Source of the DNA: Bacteroidales bacterium
GTDB lineage: Bacteria; Bacteroidota; Bacteroidia; Bacteroidales; VadinHA17
NCBI GenBank assembly: GCA_034005245.1
Contig: JAVEVC010000001.1
Location: 161,999-225,998, forward strand
Direction: 5' to 3'
DNA length: 64,000 bases
The translations under genes were made by a program, and so were the position numbers. The notes beneath the pieces were generated by a model. The model ran no database searches and was not told where the DNA came from. It was given only the letters and a program-made list of their open reading frames with translations. Shown in pieces: positions 28,172 through 38,191 of the stretch. Numbering within the stretch: position 1 is the stretch's first letter; each line of letters opens with the position of its first letter.

Positions 28172-29475
28172 TGGGCACATTCATTATTCAGGGCGGTAAA
28201 ACACTTAAAGGAGAAATAATTCCTCAGGGCGCAAAAAACGAAGCGCTGCAGGTAATATGTGCGGTTCTCCTTACACCTCACAGAGTCACAATCCATAATA
28301 TTCCCGACATAAGCGATGTCAATATTCTTATTGACCTGCTTGAAAGTTTGGGTGTCGGAATAACCAGGGAATCGCCCGGAACCATTAGTTTCGAAGCGCG
28401 GAACATGAACCGTGAATATCTTTCCACGAAAGAATTCAGAATCCTCAGCTCCAGTCTCCGGGGATCAATAATGATAGCCGGCCCCCTTCTCGCAAGATTC
28501 GGAAAAGTCATTATCCCCAGGCCGGGAGGAGATAAGATCGGCCGTAGAAGAGTGGATACCCATTTTACAGGCTTTACGAAACTGGGGGCCAGGGTGGAAT
28601 TTGACTCCGACGACTCTTCTTTTAAAATTGAAGCACCGGAATTGAAGGGGGCTTACATTCATCTCGAAGAAGCTTCAGTTACAGGAACTGCAAATATCAT
28701 AATGGCAGCATCATTGTCATTGGGGAGGACAACCATTTACAACGCAGCTTGCGAACCATATGTACAGCAACTTTGCAGGATGCTGATATCTATGGGAGCA
28801 AAAATTGAGGGAGTAGGATCAAACCTCCTCTGTATTGACGGAGTGGCGGAACTGAAAGGATGCACCCACTCCATTCTCCCCGACATGATAGAAATAGGAT
28901 CCTTCATTGGTCTGGCAGCTCTGACAGGATCAGAAATCACCATTAAGAATGTCTCCTACGATAATCTCGGAATCATCCCTGACTCATTCCGAAGGCTTGG
29001 AATAGCCCTTGAAAGAATAAATGACGATATTTTTATCCCTCAACAGGATCACTACGAGATTGAGACATTCATCGACGGATCAATTATGACAATAGCTGAT
29101 GCAATATGGCCAGGACTGACGCCTGACCTGCTCAGCGTTTTCCTTGTTACTGCCACTCAGGCAAAAGGTGCCGTACTCATACACCAGAAAATGTTCGAAA
29201 GCCGCCTTTTCTTTGTCGACAAGCTTATCGACATGGGCGCCCAGATCATCCTATGCGACCCGCATCGCGCCACAGTTATTGGCCTCGATAAAATGATAAG
29301 GCTGAGAGGAACCACCATGTCATCACCCGATATAAGGGCAGGTGTTGCCTTGCTTATTGCTGCTCTGTCAGCTGAAGGAGAAAGTACCATTCACAACATA
29401 GAACAGATCGACAGAGGCTATCAGAACATAGACTTACGTCTTAACTCACTGGGTGCAAATATAAGAAGGTTATAA
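28171..29475 (+). CDS. murA: UDP-N-acetylglucosamine 1-carboxyvinyltransferase
   Basis: 434 aa and colinear with MurA (QGAKNEAL..., PGGDKIGRRRVDTH). It has Asp at the position of the E. coli Cys115 (codon GAT at 28531-28533). Confidence 0.9.
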   Translation: MGTFIIQGGKTLKGEIIPQGAKNEALQVICAVLLTPHRVTIHNIPDISDVNILIDLLESLGVGITRESPGTISFEARNMNREYLSTKEFRILSSSLRGSIMIAGPLLARFGKVIIPRPGGDKIGRRRVDTHFTGFTKLGARVEFDSDDSSFKIEAPELKGAYIHLEEASVTGTANIIMAASLSLGRTTIYNAACEPYVQQLCRMLISMGAKIEGVGSNLLCIDGVAELKGCTHSILPDMIEIGSFIGLAALTGSEITIKNVSYDNLGIIPDSFRRLGIALERINDDIFIPQQDHYEIETFIDGSIMTIADAIWPGLTPDLLSVFLVTATQAKGAVLIHQKMFESRLFFVDKLIDMGAQIILCDPHRATVIGLDKMIRLRGTTMSSPDIRAGVALLIAALSAEGESTIHNIEQIDRGYQNIDLRLNSLGANIRRL

Positions 29476-29532
29476 ATATCTTGCAGGTTGAACCAGCCTA
29501 TGACCGCGACCACACCTGCCAAATTGTCAAAT

Positions 29533-29555
29533 GGCCATTAATGGCCTGTATTTTG
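29533..29555 (+). terminator. weak putative terminator after murA
   Basis: GGCCATTAATGGCC forms a 5-bp stem with a 4-nt loop, followed by TGTATTTTG. Confidence 0.3.
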
Positions 29556-29591
29556 TTAAAATTAAAAGTATCACTTGAAACAGCTTAAGAT

Positions 29592-30236
29592 ATGATGAAG
29601 AAAAAATCCGCGGATACAGAAGAAAAAAAAGAATCAGGTCAACCCAAACACGCTGGTAACAAAGATAATACAGCTGGTCATACTGATGACCAAACTATTG
29701 GCAAAAAAGCCGGTGATGAAAACGATCCTGAGGCAACAGCAGAAACACAAATTGCTGACACTGAACAGGAGCCTGACAAAAGTGTCCCGGAAGAAAATCT
29801 CCTGCAGGAAAAACTGGCAGAAATGCAGGATAGATATCTCAGGCTTTCAGCCGAATTTGACAACTACAGGAAGAGGACACTGAAGGAAAAGATGGAAATG
29901 ACAAAATATGCTGGTGAAGATCTCATCAAAAAGCTTCTGCCCTTTAAAGACGATTTTGAAAGGGCACTTAAGCATATGGTTGTCTCTGATGAATCCGTTC
30001 CTGTTAAGGAAGGCCTTGACCTTATTTATGTTAAGTTTTCTGACTTTCTTAAAAGCCAGGGAGTAAAGGAGATTGATGCATTAAACAGCAGGCTGGACGT
30101 TGATATCCATGAAGCAGTTGCAAAAATACCGGTTGCCGAAGAAAAAAAGAAGGGGACCATTGTAGATGTGGTTTTAAAGGGTTATTTCCTGCATGATAAA
30201 GTTATAAGGCATGCAAAAGTTGTAATAGGGGAATAG
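29592..30236 (+). CDS. grpE: nucleotide exchange factor GrpE
   Basis: GrpE core (YLRLSAEFDNYRKRTLKE ... HEAVA) with an acidic low-complexity N-terminal extension. Confidence 0.9.
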   Translation: MMKKKSADTEEKKESGQPKHAGNKDNTAGHTDDQTIGKKAGDENDPEATAETQIADTEQEPDKSVPEENLLQEKLAEMQDRYLRLSAEFDNYRKRTLKEKMEMTKYAGEDLIKKLLPFKDDFERALKHMVVSDESVPVKEGLDLIYVKFSDFLKSQGVKEIDALNSRLDVDIHEAVAKIPVAEEKKKGTIVDVVLKGYFLHDKVIRHAKVVIGE

Positions 30237-30305
30237 GGATGGCCATTAAAATTATTCAATGGCAGACTGAAGATGAAAGATTAGTGAAAAGTAATTACAA
30301 AAGGG

Positions 30306-31454
30306 ATGGGCAAGAGAGATTATTACGAGGTGCTTGAAGTTTCGAGGGGCGCTACCAGGGAGGAGATCAAAAAAGCTTACAGGAAACAGGCATTGAAATT
30401 CCATCCCGACAAGAATCCGGGAGACAAGAAATCTGAAGAAAAGTTCAAGGAGGCAGCAGAAGCCTACGAAGTTTTAAGCAATGATGAAAAAAGGGCGCGC
30501 TACGACCGTTTTGGCCATGATGGGGTCAAAGGGATGGGTAACGGCTTCGGAGGAGGAATGACGATTGAAGATATATTCTCATCCTTCGGTGATATCTTCG
30601 GCGATGCCTTCGGCGGTTTTGCAGGTTTCGGAGGCTCAAGAAGGAGCAGCGGCAGAAGAGTTAACAAGGGAAGCAACCTGAGGGTAAAAGTAAAACTCAA
30701 CCTTCAGGAAATAGCATCAGGTACAGAGAAAAAGATCAAGGTCAACAAGTACAACACCTGCACCGCCTGCGACGGAACAGGGGCTGCCGACTCATCAAGC
30801 ATGACTGACTGCCAGACATGCCATGGTACCGGCCATGTAACAAGAATTACAAACACAATGCTGGGACAAATGCAGACTACATCCATATGTCCGGCATGTG
30901 GCGGGGAAGGAAGGACAATAACAAAGAAATGTCCTGAATGCTACGGGGAAGGAATCGTGCAGAAAGAAGACATAATCAAGATAAACATACCCGCTGGTGT
31001 TGGAAAAGGAATGCAAATGACAGTCAGCGGAAAGGGTAATGCTGCAAGAAGAGGCGGCATTAACGGCGATCTCCTGGTTGTTATTGATGAAGAAGAAAAT
31101 CCCGACCTGATCCGCGAAGGAAACGACCTTATCTATAACCTTTTCATCAGCATCCCTGATGCCATCCTCGGCACTCAGGCGGAAATACCGACAATCGAAA
31201 ATAATGTCAAGATCAAAATTGATCCGGGCACCCAGCCAGGCAAGATACTCCGATTAAGGGGAAAGGGATTGCCGGAAGTTAATGGTTACGGACACGGCGA
31301 CCTGCTTGTCAACGTAAATGTCTGGATTCCTAAAGATATAACCAGGGAGGAAACAAAAATAATTGAGAAATTCAGGGAAGCTGATTCATTCACTCCCAAA
31401 CCCGACAAAAACGACAAGGGCTTCTTTGAAAGAATGAGAGGATATTTTCAGTAA
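30306..31454 (+). CDS. dnaJ: molecular chaperone DnaJ
   Basis: J domain with HPD (KFHPDKNP), a G/F region, and four CxxCxGxG zinc motifs. Confidence 0.95.
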   Translation: MGKRDYYEVLEVSRGATREEIKKAYRKQALKFHPDKNPGDKKSEEKFKEAAEAYEVLSNDEKRARYDRFGHDGVKGMGNGFGGGMTIEDIFSSFGDIFGDAFGGFAGFGGSRRSSGRRVNKGSNLRVKVKLNLQEIASGTEKKIKVNKYNTCTACDGTGAADSSSMTDCQTCHGTGHVTRITNTMLGQMQTTSICPACGGEGRTITKKCPECYGEGIVQKEDIIKINIPAGVGKGMQMTVSGKGNAARRGGINGDLLVVIDEEENPDLIREGNDLIYNLFISIPDAILGTQAEIPTIENNVKIKIDPGTQPGKILRLRGKGLPEVNGYGHGDLLVNVNVWIPKDITREETKIIEKFREADSFTPKPDKNDKGFFERMRGYFQ

Positions 31455-31626
31455 AAGCTGTACCCTGAGGGAAATGATTCAAGCACCGAATCCCTATCCC
31501 TCCGGCCCTTCTTCTGAACCTTTGATATCATCCGGTTCTGACCCGGCAACTTGCAACTATTTGCTTGAGGTCAACTCACGGTTTTTTATATATTTACAAG
31601 TCTGAATAATAAACAAATCACTCCAC

Positions 31627-32535
31627 ATGGCTCTTTTCGAAGCGCGAAACATCACAAAGCAGTATGGGACTCAAAAAGCTCTCGACAGCGTAAGTATCTC
31701 TGTCGCGGAGCAATCTATTTTCGGACTTCTGGGTCCTAACGGAGCAGGAAAAACAACTCTGATAAGAATCATCAACCAGATTACAGGGCCGGATTCCGGC
31801 GAGCTGTTCCTTAATGGATCAAAATTAAAGCCCGATGATGTGCTCTCTATTGGATACCTGCCTGAAGAAAGAGGCTTGTACAAAAAAATGAAGGTGGGCG
31901 AACAGGCACTCTATTTTGCTCAGTTAAAGGGACTGTCATCCTCTGAGGCCATGAAACGCCTGAAATACTGGTTCAGGAAACTGGAGATTACCGAATGGTG
32001 GGGGAAAAAGGTGGAAGAACTTTCGAAAGGGATGCAACAGAAAGTACAATTTATTACTACTGTCCTGCATGAACCCAGACTCCTGATTTTTGATGAGCCT
32101 TTTACCGGTTTTGATCCTGTCAATGCAAACATAATAAAGAACGAGATCCTTTCTTTAAGGGAAAAAGGAGCCACGATTATATTCTCCACCCACAATATGG
32201 GATCGGTTGAAGAACTTTGTGATGACATATCACTGATAGACAAAGGTAAAACCATTCTTGACGGCAGTGTTGACGAAATACGCAGCAGGTGGGCCGGCAA
32301 TGAATATGACCTTGTCGTTGAAGGAAAAGCTGCTCTTGAAGAAAATGATCATTTCATCGTTCTGAGCCGGGAATACACAGAGAACAAAAGCAGTTTCAGG
32401 CTGAAATCAGCCTCAGGCGCCGGACCTAACGAGATCCTGAGATCAGCAATAATCAGCGGAAAGGTTATATCATTCAACCCTGCACTGCCATCAATGAATG
32501 AGATCTTCATCAGGGTAGTGGCAGCCCGTAATTAA
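31627..32535 (+). CDS. ABC transporter ATP-binding protein (ABC-2/NatA-like)
   Basis: Walker A GPNGAGKTT, signature LSKGMQQK and Walker B LLIFDEP. Confidence 0.85.
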   Translation: MALFEARNITKQYGTQKALDSVSISVAEQSIFGLLGPNGAGKTTLIRIINQITGPDSGELFLNGSKLKPDDVLSIGYLPEERGLYKKMKVGEQALYFAQLKGLSSSEAMKRLKYWFRKLEITEWWGKKVEELSKGMQQKVQFITTVLHEPRLLIFDEPFTGFDPVNANIIKNEILSLREKGATIIFSTHNMGSVEELCDDISLIDKGKTILDGSVDEIRSRWAGNEYDLVVEGKAALEENDHFIVLSREYTENKSSFRLKSASGAGPNEILRSAIISGKVISFNPALPSMNEIFIRVVAARN

Positions 32536-32568
32536 TCTGCCAGGATCGGAAACATAATATCAGCTAAA

Positions 32569-33927
32569 ATGAACAAGGTTTCAGTGATCATCAGACGGGA
32601 ATACCTGACAAGGGTTAGGAAAAAATCATTTATCATAATGACGATACTGGCTCCTGTCTTAATGGCAGGCCTTATCATTGTGCCAACCCTGCTGATGGTA
32701 AACCAGGAGGAAGATTATAAGAAGATAGCTGTCATCGAAGACAACTCCGATCTTTTCAGGGACGTCCTGAAAAATACAAAAACAATTGAATTCCATTACC
32801 TTGAGGGCATGAATCTAGAGACGCTCAAAACAAGCTTTGAGGAAGCGGGGTATTATGGAATCCTGTACATATCCCCTGAAGTGATTAGCGTTCCTAATGC
32901 AATTCAGCTAATATCCGTAAAACAACCTCCCATAGGACTGCTGCAATATATTGAAAACTCAATCGAGAAAGAGATTGAGCGCCAGAAGCTTATGACTTAC
33001 AATATTGAAAACCTCGATGACATAATGAAAAATGTCGAGACGAAAATTTCAATACAGACAATCAGGATTGACGAATCGGGGAATGTAAAGGAGACCAGCA
33101 CTGGCATTGCCATGGCTCTTGCATATATCGGGGGATTCCTGATGTATATGCTGGTATTCATGTTTGGATCACAGGTCATGCGGGGTGTTATCGAAGAAAA
33201 GACAAGCAGGGTTGTAGAGGTCATTGTATCTTCTGTTAAGCCTGTCCAGCTGATGATGGGCAAAATCATAGGGATAGCCCTGGTGGGGCTAACCCAGTTC
33301 CTGATCTGGATCTTTCTTACGATTGCTGTTGCAGGCATCCTGAAGTCAACTTTGCTGAAAGGAACTGATCTCACTGAAATATCGCAGAATACTACAAAAA
33401 GTATTATGGAACAGGTGGAGGTGGCAGAAAACACACAACATGTTTCAGAGATCAATCCCGAAATATCTGAATTCTCAAAATTGTTCGACAGCGCCTTAAA
33501 TCAGCCATGGGGACTGATAATATTTTCGTTCATCTTTTATTTCATAACCGGATATCTTCTCTATGCATCAATATTTGCTGCAATTGGATCGGCCGTTGAC
33601 AATGAAACAGAGACCCAGCAGTTTATGCTGCCCGTCACCATACCTATCATACTTGCACTAATGGTCGCTATGGGTACAATGCAAAATCCTGAAAGCTCGC
33701 TTTCTTTCTGGTTTTCCCTGATTCCCTTCACCTCGCCGGTGGTTATGATTGCCCGTATTCCTTTTGGTGTGCCGGCATGGCAGCTTGCCGTTTCAATGTC
33801 TCTCATGGTTGTGACATTCCTGCTTTTTGTCTGGATGGCAGCAAAGGTGTACAGGACAGGAATACTCATGTACGGGAAAAAGACTTCCTGGAAAGAAATG
33901 TGGAAGTGGTTAAGGTATACCGGTTAG
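32569..33927 (+). CDS. ABC-2 family permease (NatB-like)
   Basis: 452 aa with an N-terminal TM helix, a large extracytoplasmic loop and a C-terminal six-TM bundle. It lies 33 nt after the ATPase gene. Confidence 0.75.
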   Translation: MNKVSVIIRREYLTRVRKKSFIIMTILAPVLMAGLIIVPTLLMVNQEEDYKKIAVIEDNSDLFRDVLKNTKTIEFHYLEGMNLETLKTSFEEAGYYGILYISPEVISVPNAIQLISVKQPPIGLLQYIENSIEKEIERQKLMTYNIENLDDIMKNVETKISIQTIRIDESGNVKETSTGIAMALAYIGGFLMYMLVFMFGSQVMRGVIEEKTSRVVEVIVSSVKPVQLMMGKIIGIALVGLTQFLIWIFLTIAVAGILKSTLLKGTDLTEISQNTTKSIMEQVEVAENTQHVSEINPEISEFSKLFDSALNQPWGLIIFSFIFYFITGYLLYASIFAAIGSAVDNETETQQFMLPVTIPIILALMVAMGTMQNPESSLSFWFSLIPFTSPVVMIARIPFGVPAWQLAVSMSLMVVTFLLFVWMAAKVYRTGILMYGKKTSWKEMWKWLRYTG

Positions 33928-33950
33928 CTTACCTGTTAATTATTGAAATT

Positions 33951-35126
33951 ATGTCAAAGATTCTTGTAATAGACGATGAAAGAGCCATAAGGAATACGCT
34001 TAAGGAGGTTCTTGAATATGAAAAGCATGAAGTGGATCTCGCTGAGGACGGTCCCACGGGAATTGAATTATTTAACGCTAATACATACGATATTGTTCTT
34101 TGCGATATCAAAATGGCCAAGATGGACGGGATTGAAGTCCTCCAGAAGATAAGCGAATCATCATCCGACATACCTGTTATCATGATATCAGGGCATGGGA
34201 ACATTGATACTGCGGTTGAAGCAATAAAGAAGGGGGCTTATGATTTCCTTGAAAAACCGCTGGATCTTAACAGGCTGCTCATTACCATCCGTAACGCCAC
34301 AGATAAATCATCGCTTATAACCCAGACACAGGTGCTGAAGAATAAAGTCAGCAGGATGTACGAGATTATTGGCGAATCGGAAGCTATCAGGAAAGTCAAG
34401 GAAATGATAGACAGGGTTGCTCCCACTGAAGCCAGGGTTTTAATAACAGGTGCCAACGGTACAGGCAAGGAACTCGTTGCCCATCAGATCCATGAAAAGA
34501 GTCAAAGGGCCAAAGGGCCTTTTGTGGAAGTCAACTGTGCAGCCATACCATCCGAACTTATTGAAAGTGAACTTTTCGGCCACGAAAAAGGTTCATTCAC
34601 ATCTGCTATTAAACAGCGGATCGGAAAATTTGAACAGGCCAGCGGAGGCACACTTTTCCTCGATGAAATAGGTGATATGAGCCTTTCAGCCCAGGCTAAA
34701 GTTCTCAGAGCTCTCCAGGAGAACAAAATATCAAGGGTCGGCTCAGACAAGGACATTCATGTCAATGTAAGAGTCATCACCGCCACAAACAAGAATATCA
34801 AAAACGAGATCGAGAATAAAACCTTCAGGGAGGACCTTTATCACAGGCTGAGCGTGATCCTGATTCACGTTCCGACACTTAATGAAAGAGAAGAAGACAT
34901 TCCTCTGCTTGCTGATCATTTCAATTCACTGATTTGCAATGAATACGGAATGAGCAAGAAAAAGATCAGGGAGGATGCAATAGCTGAGCTCAGGAAAATA
35001 ACCTGGACAGGTAATATCAGGGAGTTCAGGAATGTCCTTGAAAGGCTTATAATATTATGTAAAGATGAAATCACGGGTGCAGATGTTATTGCCTATGCAA
35101 GACCAGTATCTGCAGGCAATGTATAA
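33951..35126 (+). CDS. sigma-54-dependent response regulator (REC plus AAA+), lacking a C-terminal DNA-binding domain
   Basis: The ATG at 33951 gives [15 protein letters not shown]. The REC domain has the acceptor Asp ([12 protein letters not shown]). The AAA+ domain has Walker A GANGTGKE, a GSFTSA loop in place of GAFTGA, and Walker B LFLDEIG. The protein ends about 25 aa after the [11 protein letters not shown] sensor-II region. Confidence 0.8.
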   Translation: MSKILVIDDERAIRNTLKEVLEYEKHEVDLAEDGPTGIELFNANTYDIVLCDIKMAKMDGIEVLQKISESSSDIPVIMISGHGNIDTAVEAIKKGAYDFLEKPLDLNRLLITIRNATDKSSLITQTQVLKNKVSRMYEIIGESEAIRKVKEMIDRVAPTEARVLITGANGTGKELVAHQIHEKSQRAKGPFVEVNCAAIPSELIESELFGHEKGSFTSAIKQRIGKFEQASGGTLFLDEIGDMSLSAQAKVLRALQENKISRVGSDKDIHVNVRVITATNKNIKNEIENKTFREDLYHRLSVILIHVPTLNEREEDIPLLADHFNSLICNEYGMSKKKIREDAIAELRKITWTGNIREFRNVLERLIILCKDEITGADVIAYARPVSAGNV

Positions 35127-35155
35127 CCCTGTCCGGCCTGATGCAGATTTTTTTT
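35108..35155 (+). terminator. putative intrinsic terminator overlapping the regulator stop codon
   Basis: ATCTGCAGGC ... GCCTGATGCAGAT forms an imperfect stem, followed by T8. Confidence 0.5.
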
Positions 35156-35195
35156 GACATTTATATAAGATCACATAATAATTACTTCCTTCATT

Positions 35196-35203
35196 TAGTT
35201 TTG
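35196..35203 (+). promoter_or_regulatory. putative -7 promoter box (TAGTTTTG)
   Basis: Exact TAnnTTTG, 20 nt upstream of the ATG at 35224. Confidence 0.4.
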
Positions 35204-35223
35204 CACACAGAATATATCGTAAT

Positions 35224-36660
35224 ATGTACCGGATTGAAAAAGACAGCCTCGGACAAAAAGAAATACCTGTTGATGCGCTTTACGGCATACATGCAGCCAG
35301 GGCCAGAGAGAACTTTCCCGACACATCTCCATTCCACATAGAATGGTACAAGGCGGTAGGGATAACAAAGCTGGCATGTTATAATGCCTACAGAAAATTT
35401 CGCGATGCTGCAATTGCCAAGTATGGTGAAAAACTCTCAATAAAAATTATCCCGGATGAAATCCTTGATGCTATGTGCGAAGCTGCAAGGGAGGTATCCG
35501 AAGGAAGATATTTCGAGTATTTCATTGTCCCTGCCGTGCAGGGAGGAGCCGGGACAAGCATCAATATGAATGTAAATGAGATAATTGCCAATGCAGCCCT
35601 TCTCAAGACCGGCAACAGGTGCGGAAGTTATGATAAAATAGATCCTACTGAATATTCAAACATATACCAGTCGACAAATGATGTGATCCCCACTGCACTT
35701 ACTGTGGCTGCAATGAAACAGCTTCAGGACCTTGAAGTCTGGATCAACGACTTGAGAGCAAGAGTTGAAGACCTGGAGAAAAACTCTCTCGACAAATTGC
35801 GGCCGGGATTTACCCAGATGCAGGAAGCTGTTCCATCATCTTTCAGCATGCTCTTCGGAGCTTATAGCGACGCTCTGTCGCGAGACTGGTGGAGAGTTTC
35901 AAAATGCAGTGAAAGACTTAAGCCAGTCAACCTGGGAGGAGGAGCAATTGGAACCGGACTGGCTGTCCCCAGGTTTTTTATCACAAGGGTCGTTCCTGAA
36001 TTGAGGGATCTCACAGAACTACCATTGTCGCACAGCGAAAACCTTGCTGACGCAACCTCAAATCTCGACAAATGGGTTGAAGTCCATGCCATCCTTAAAG
36101 CACTGGCTGTAAACCTTGAAAAAATGGTTTCAGATATGCGATTGCTTGCATCTGATGTTGCTGAAGACAAAAGCATAATAATACCAGAAAAACAGGTGGG
36201 GAGCTCCATAATGCCCGGTAAGATAAATCCGGTAATTCCTGAATTTGTTATTTCCTCCTCACACAAGGTATATTCTAACGACAATCTTGTAAGCTCGCTG
36301 TGCGGACAGGGCTGCCTCGAACTTAATGCATATCTCCCTGTAATAGGAAATGCAGTCATTGAAAGCATAAAACTTCTCACTGCATCCTGCAAAACCTCAG
36401 GGATAAACCTTTTCACCGGCCTGAAGGTAAACGACAGCTCTGGATACTATTCTCTGTTCCACAGCCCCGCAATAACAACAGCTCTAACACCCCATATAGG
36501 TTATCATAAGGCTGCCTCACTGGCAAAACTCATGAAAGAGAAAAAAATAGACATCTTTGAGGCTAACAATAGCATTAAAGCTATAGAGAAAACAAAATTA
36601 AATGAGATCCTTAAACCTGGAAACCTGCTGAAGCTGGGATTCTCACTATCAGACCTCTGA
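35224..36660 (+). CDS. aspartate ammonia-lyase family protein (fumarase/aspartase superfamily)
   Basis: It has the superfamily signature GSSIMPGKINP, YQSTNDVIPT, and the N-terminus MYRIEKDSLGQKEIPVDALYGIH. It is diverged from canonical AspA, so the substrate is uncertain. Confidence 0.75.
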   Translation: MYRIEKDSLGQKEIPVDALYGIHAARARENFPDTSPFHIEWYKAVGITKLACYNAYRKFRDAAIAKYGEKLSIKIIPDEILDAMCEAAREVSEGRYFEYFIVPAVQGGAGTSINMNVNEIIANAALLKTGNRCGSYDKIDPTEYSNIYQSTNDVIPTALTVAAMKQLQDLEVWINDLRARVEDLEKNSLDKLRPGFTQMQEAVPSSFSMLFGAYSDALSRDWWRVSKCSERLKPVNLGGGAIGTGLAVPRFFITRVVPELRDLTELPLSHSENLADATSNLDKWVEVHAILKALAVNLEKMVSDMRLLASDVAEDKSIIIPEKQVGSSIMPGKINPVIPEFVISSSHKVYSNDNLVSSLCGQGCLELNAYLPVIGNAVIESIKLLTASCKTSGINLFTGLKVNDSSGYYSLFHSPAITTALTPHIGYHKAASLAKLMKEKKIDIFEANNSIKAIEKTKLNEILKPGNLLKLGFSLSDL

Positions 36661-36899
36661 TTGTTGAATCCATTCCGGTATTCCATCCAAATGCCTGATA
36701 AGGATACTGAAAAGCAGAATGATGACATGTGTTTCCATAGACTACCTGTCTCTTGAAAATAATAATGAGCCGGAGGGAAACGACCTGTTTGAGAATTCAA
36801 TCAAAATGAATAGTTTAGGCGATACCAATAAAATATATCCGATACGATTGATAAAAACCTAAAGAAATAATTACACCCCGTTTATAAAATTCCCTCAAA

Positions 36900-38129
36900 A
36901 TGGATAAAGGAAAGGATTCGAAACCGCATATTGGAATTTACGGACGTCGCAATAATGGTAAAAGCAGCCTGATAAACTGCCTGGCGGGACAGGATATTGC
37001 AATCATTTCAGACCAGGCAGGCACAACCACCGATCCGGTAAAAAAATCATTCGAGATAACCGGCTTCGGACCGGTAATTCTTATTGATACTGCAGGTATT
37101 GATGATTCCGGAGAACTGGGACAGAAAAGGGTTGAACGCACATTGCGGACACTCGATACAATTGACCTTGCAATACTCGTAATTGCAGAAAATGAATGGG
37201 GCTCCTTTGAGGATGGTCTTGTAGAGAAATTCAGATCTCAGGATCTGCCTTTCATTATTGTGCATAATAAGTCTGACATTGCCGAACCCAATGCTGATCT
37301 TAAAAATATGGTGAGAAACCTTACCGGTACAGAAATAATTGAGTTTTCAACAATTGACAAACGCAACTATGAAGAACTGATAAAACAGGTCAGGGAAAGC
37401 ATCCCCGAACATTCGTTAAGAACACCTGCGCTTCTGGGTGATCTCATCAAGCATGGCGATGTTGTCCTGTTAATAACACCAATTGATGTTGAGGCCCCGG
37501 CAGGCAGACTGATCCTTCCGCAGGTGCAGGCAATCAGAGATATCCTCGATAATGACGCCGTAGCAATTATATTGAAAGAGCGCGAAGTGGATATGTTCCT
37601 GAAGAAGACCGGTATTAAACCTGCTCTTGCTGTCACCGACTCCCAGGTATTTGTAAAAGCTGATGCGTCAATTCCCTCCGGCATTCCTCTCACAAGCTTC
37701 AGCATCCTCCTGGCCAGATTTAAGGGTGATTTTGAGAATTACCAGAAGGGTACTCCGAAAATTTCAGAGCTTAAGGACGGAGACAGGGTTCTTCTACTTG
37801 AATCATGCACACATCATGTAGCTTGCGACGATATTGGGCGGACAAAAATACCCCGGTGGATAACGAACTTTACAGGCATGAAGCTTGAATTTGAGGTTGT
37901 TGCCGGCCTTGATGCCCTGCCACGGCCCATAACCGATTATGCCCTGGTAATTCAATGCGGTGGGTGCATGATAACAAGGAAACAGATCCATAACAGGCTT
38001 AAGGCTGCTGTCAGAGCCGGCGTACCGGTTACCAACTATGGGATGGCTATTGCATACGTCCAGGGGATCTATCAGAGAGCTTTGTCTCCCTTTGTGAATA
38101 ACCCCAGGGAAGAAGAGACATATCTATAG
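36900..38129 (+). CDS. hydF: [FeFe]-hydrogenase maturation GTPase HydF
   Basis: G1 GRRNNGKSS, G3 DTAG and G4 NKSD. The C-terminal cluster motif is C-T-H ... (46 residues) ... Q-C-G-G-C. Confidence 0.75.
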   Translation: MDKGKDSKPHIGIYGRRNNGKSSLINCLAGQDIAIISDQAGTTTDPVKKSFEITGFGPVILIDTAGIDDSGELGQKRVERTLRTLDTIDLAILVIAENEWGSFEDGLVEKFRSQDLPFIIVHNKSDIAEPNADLKNMVRNLTGTEIIEFSTIDKRNYEELIKQVRESIPEHSLRTPALLGDLIKHGDVVLLITPIDVEAPAGRLILPQVQAIRDILDNDAVAIILKEREVDMFLKKTGIKPALAVTDSQVFVKADASIPSGIPLTSFSILLARFKGDFENYQKGTPKISELKDGDRVLLLESCTHHVACDDIGRTKIPRWITNFTGMKLEFEVVAGLDALPRPITDYALVIQCGGCMITRKQIHNRLKAAVRAGVPVTNYGMAIAYVQGIYQRALSPFVNNPREEETYL

Positions 38130-38191
38130 AAAAACCTTCGTGATTAAGGAATGCAGTTGTGAGATAAACAGGGATTATCTTAACAACAGGC

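Noticed and set aside
29592-29800. The acidic and polar low-complexity N-terminus of GrpE, and the basic Ser/Lys-rich C-terminal tail of FtsH (57024-57250).
   Set aside because: These are compositionally biased linkers or tails, common in these families. No nucleotide-level tandem repeat is evident, so they are not independent features.
33777-33950. The long N-terminal extension of the sigma-54 regulator ORF, starting at 33777.
   Set aside because: It would overlap the last 150 nt of the ABC permease in another frame. The receiver domain begins cleanly at the ATG at 33951 ([10 protein letters not shown]…).
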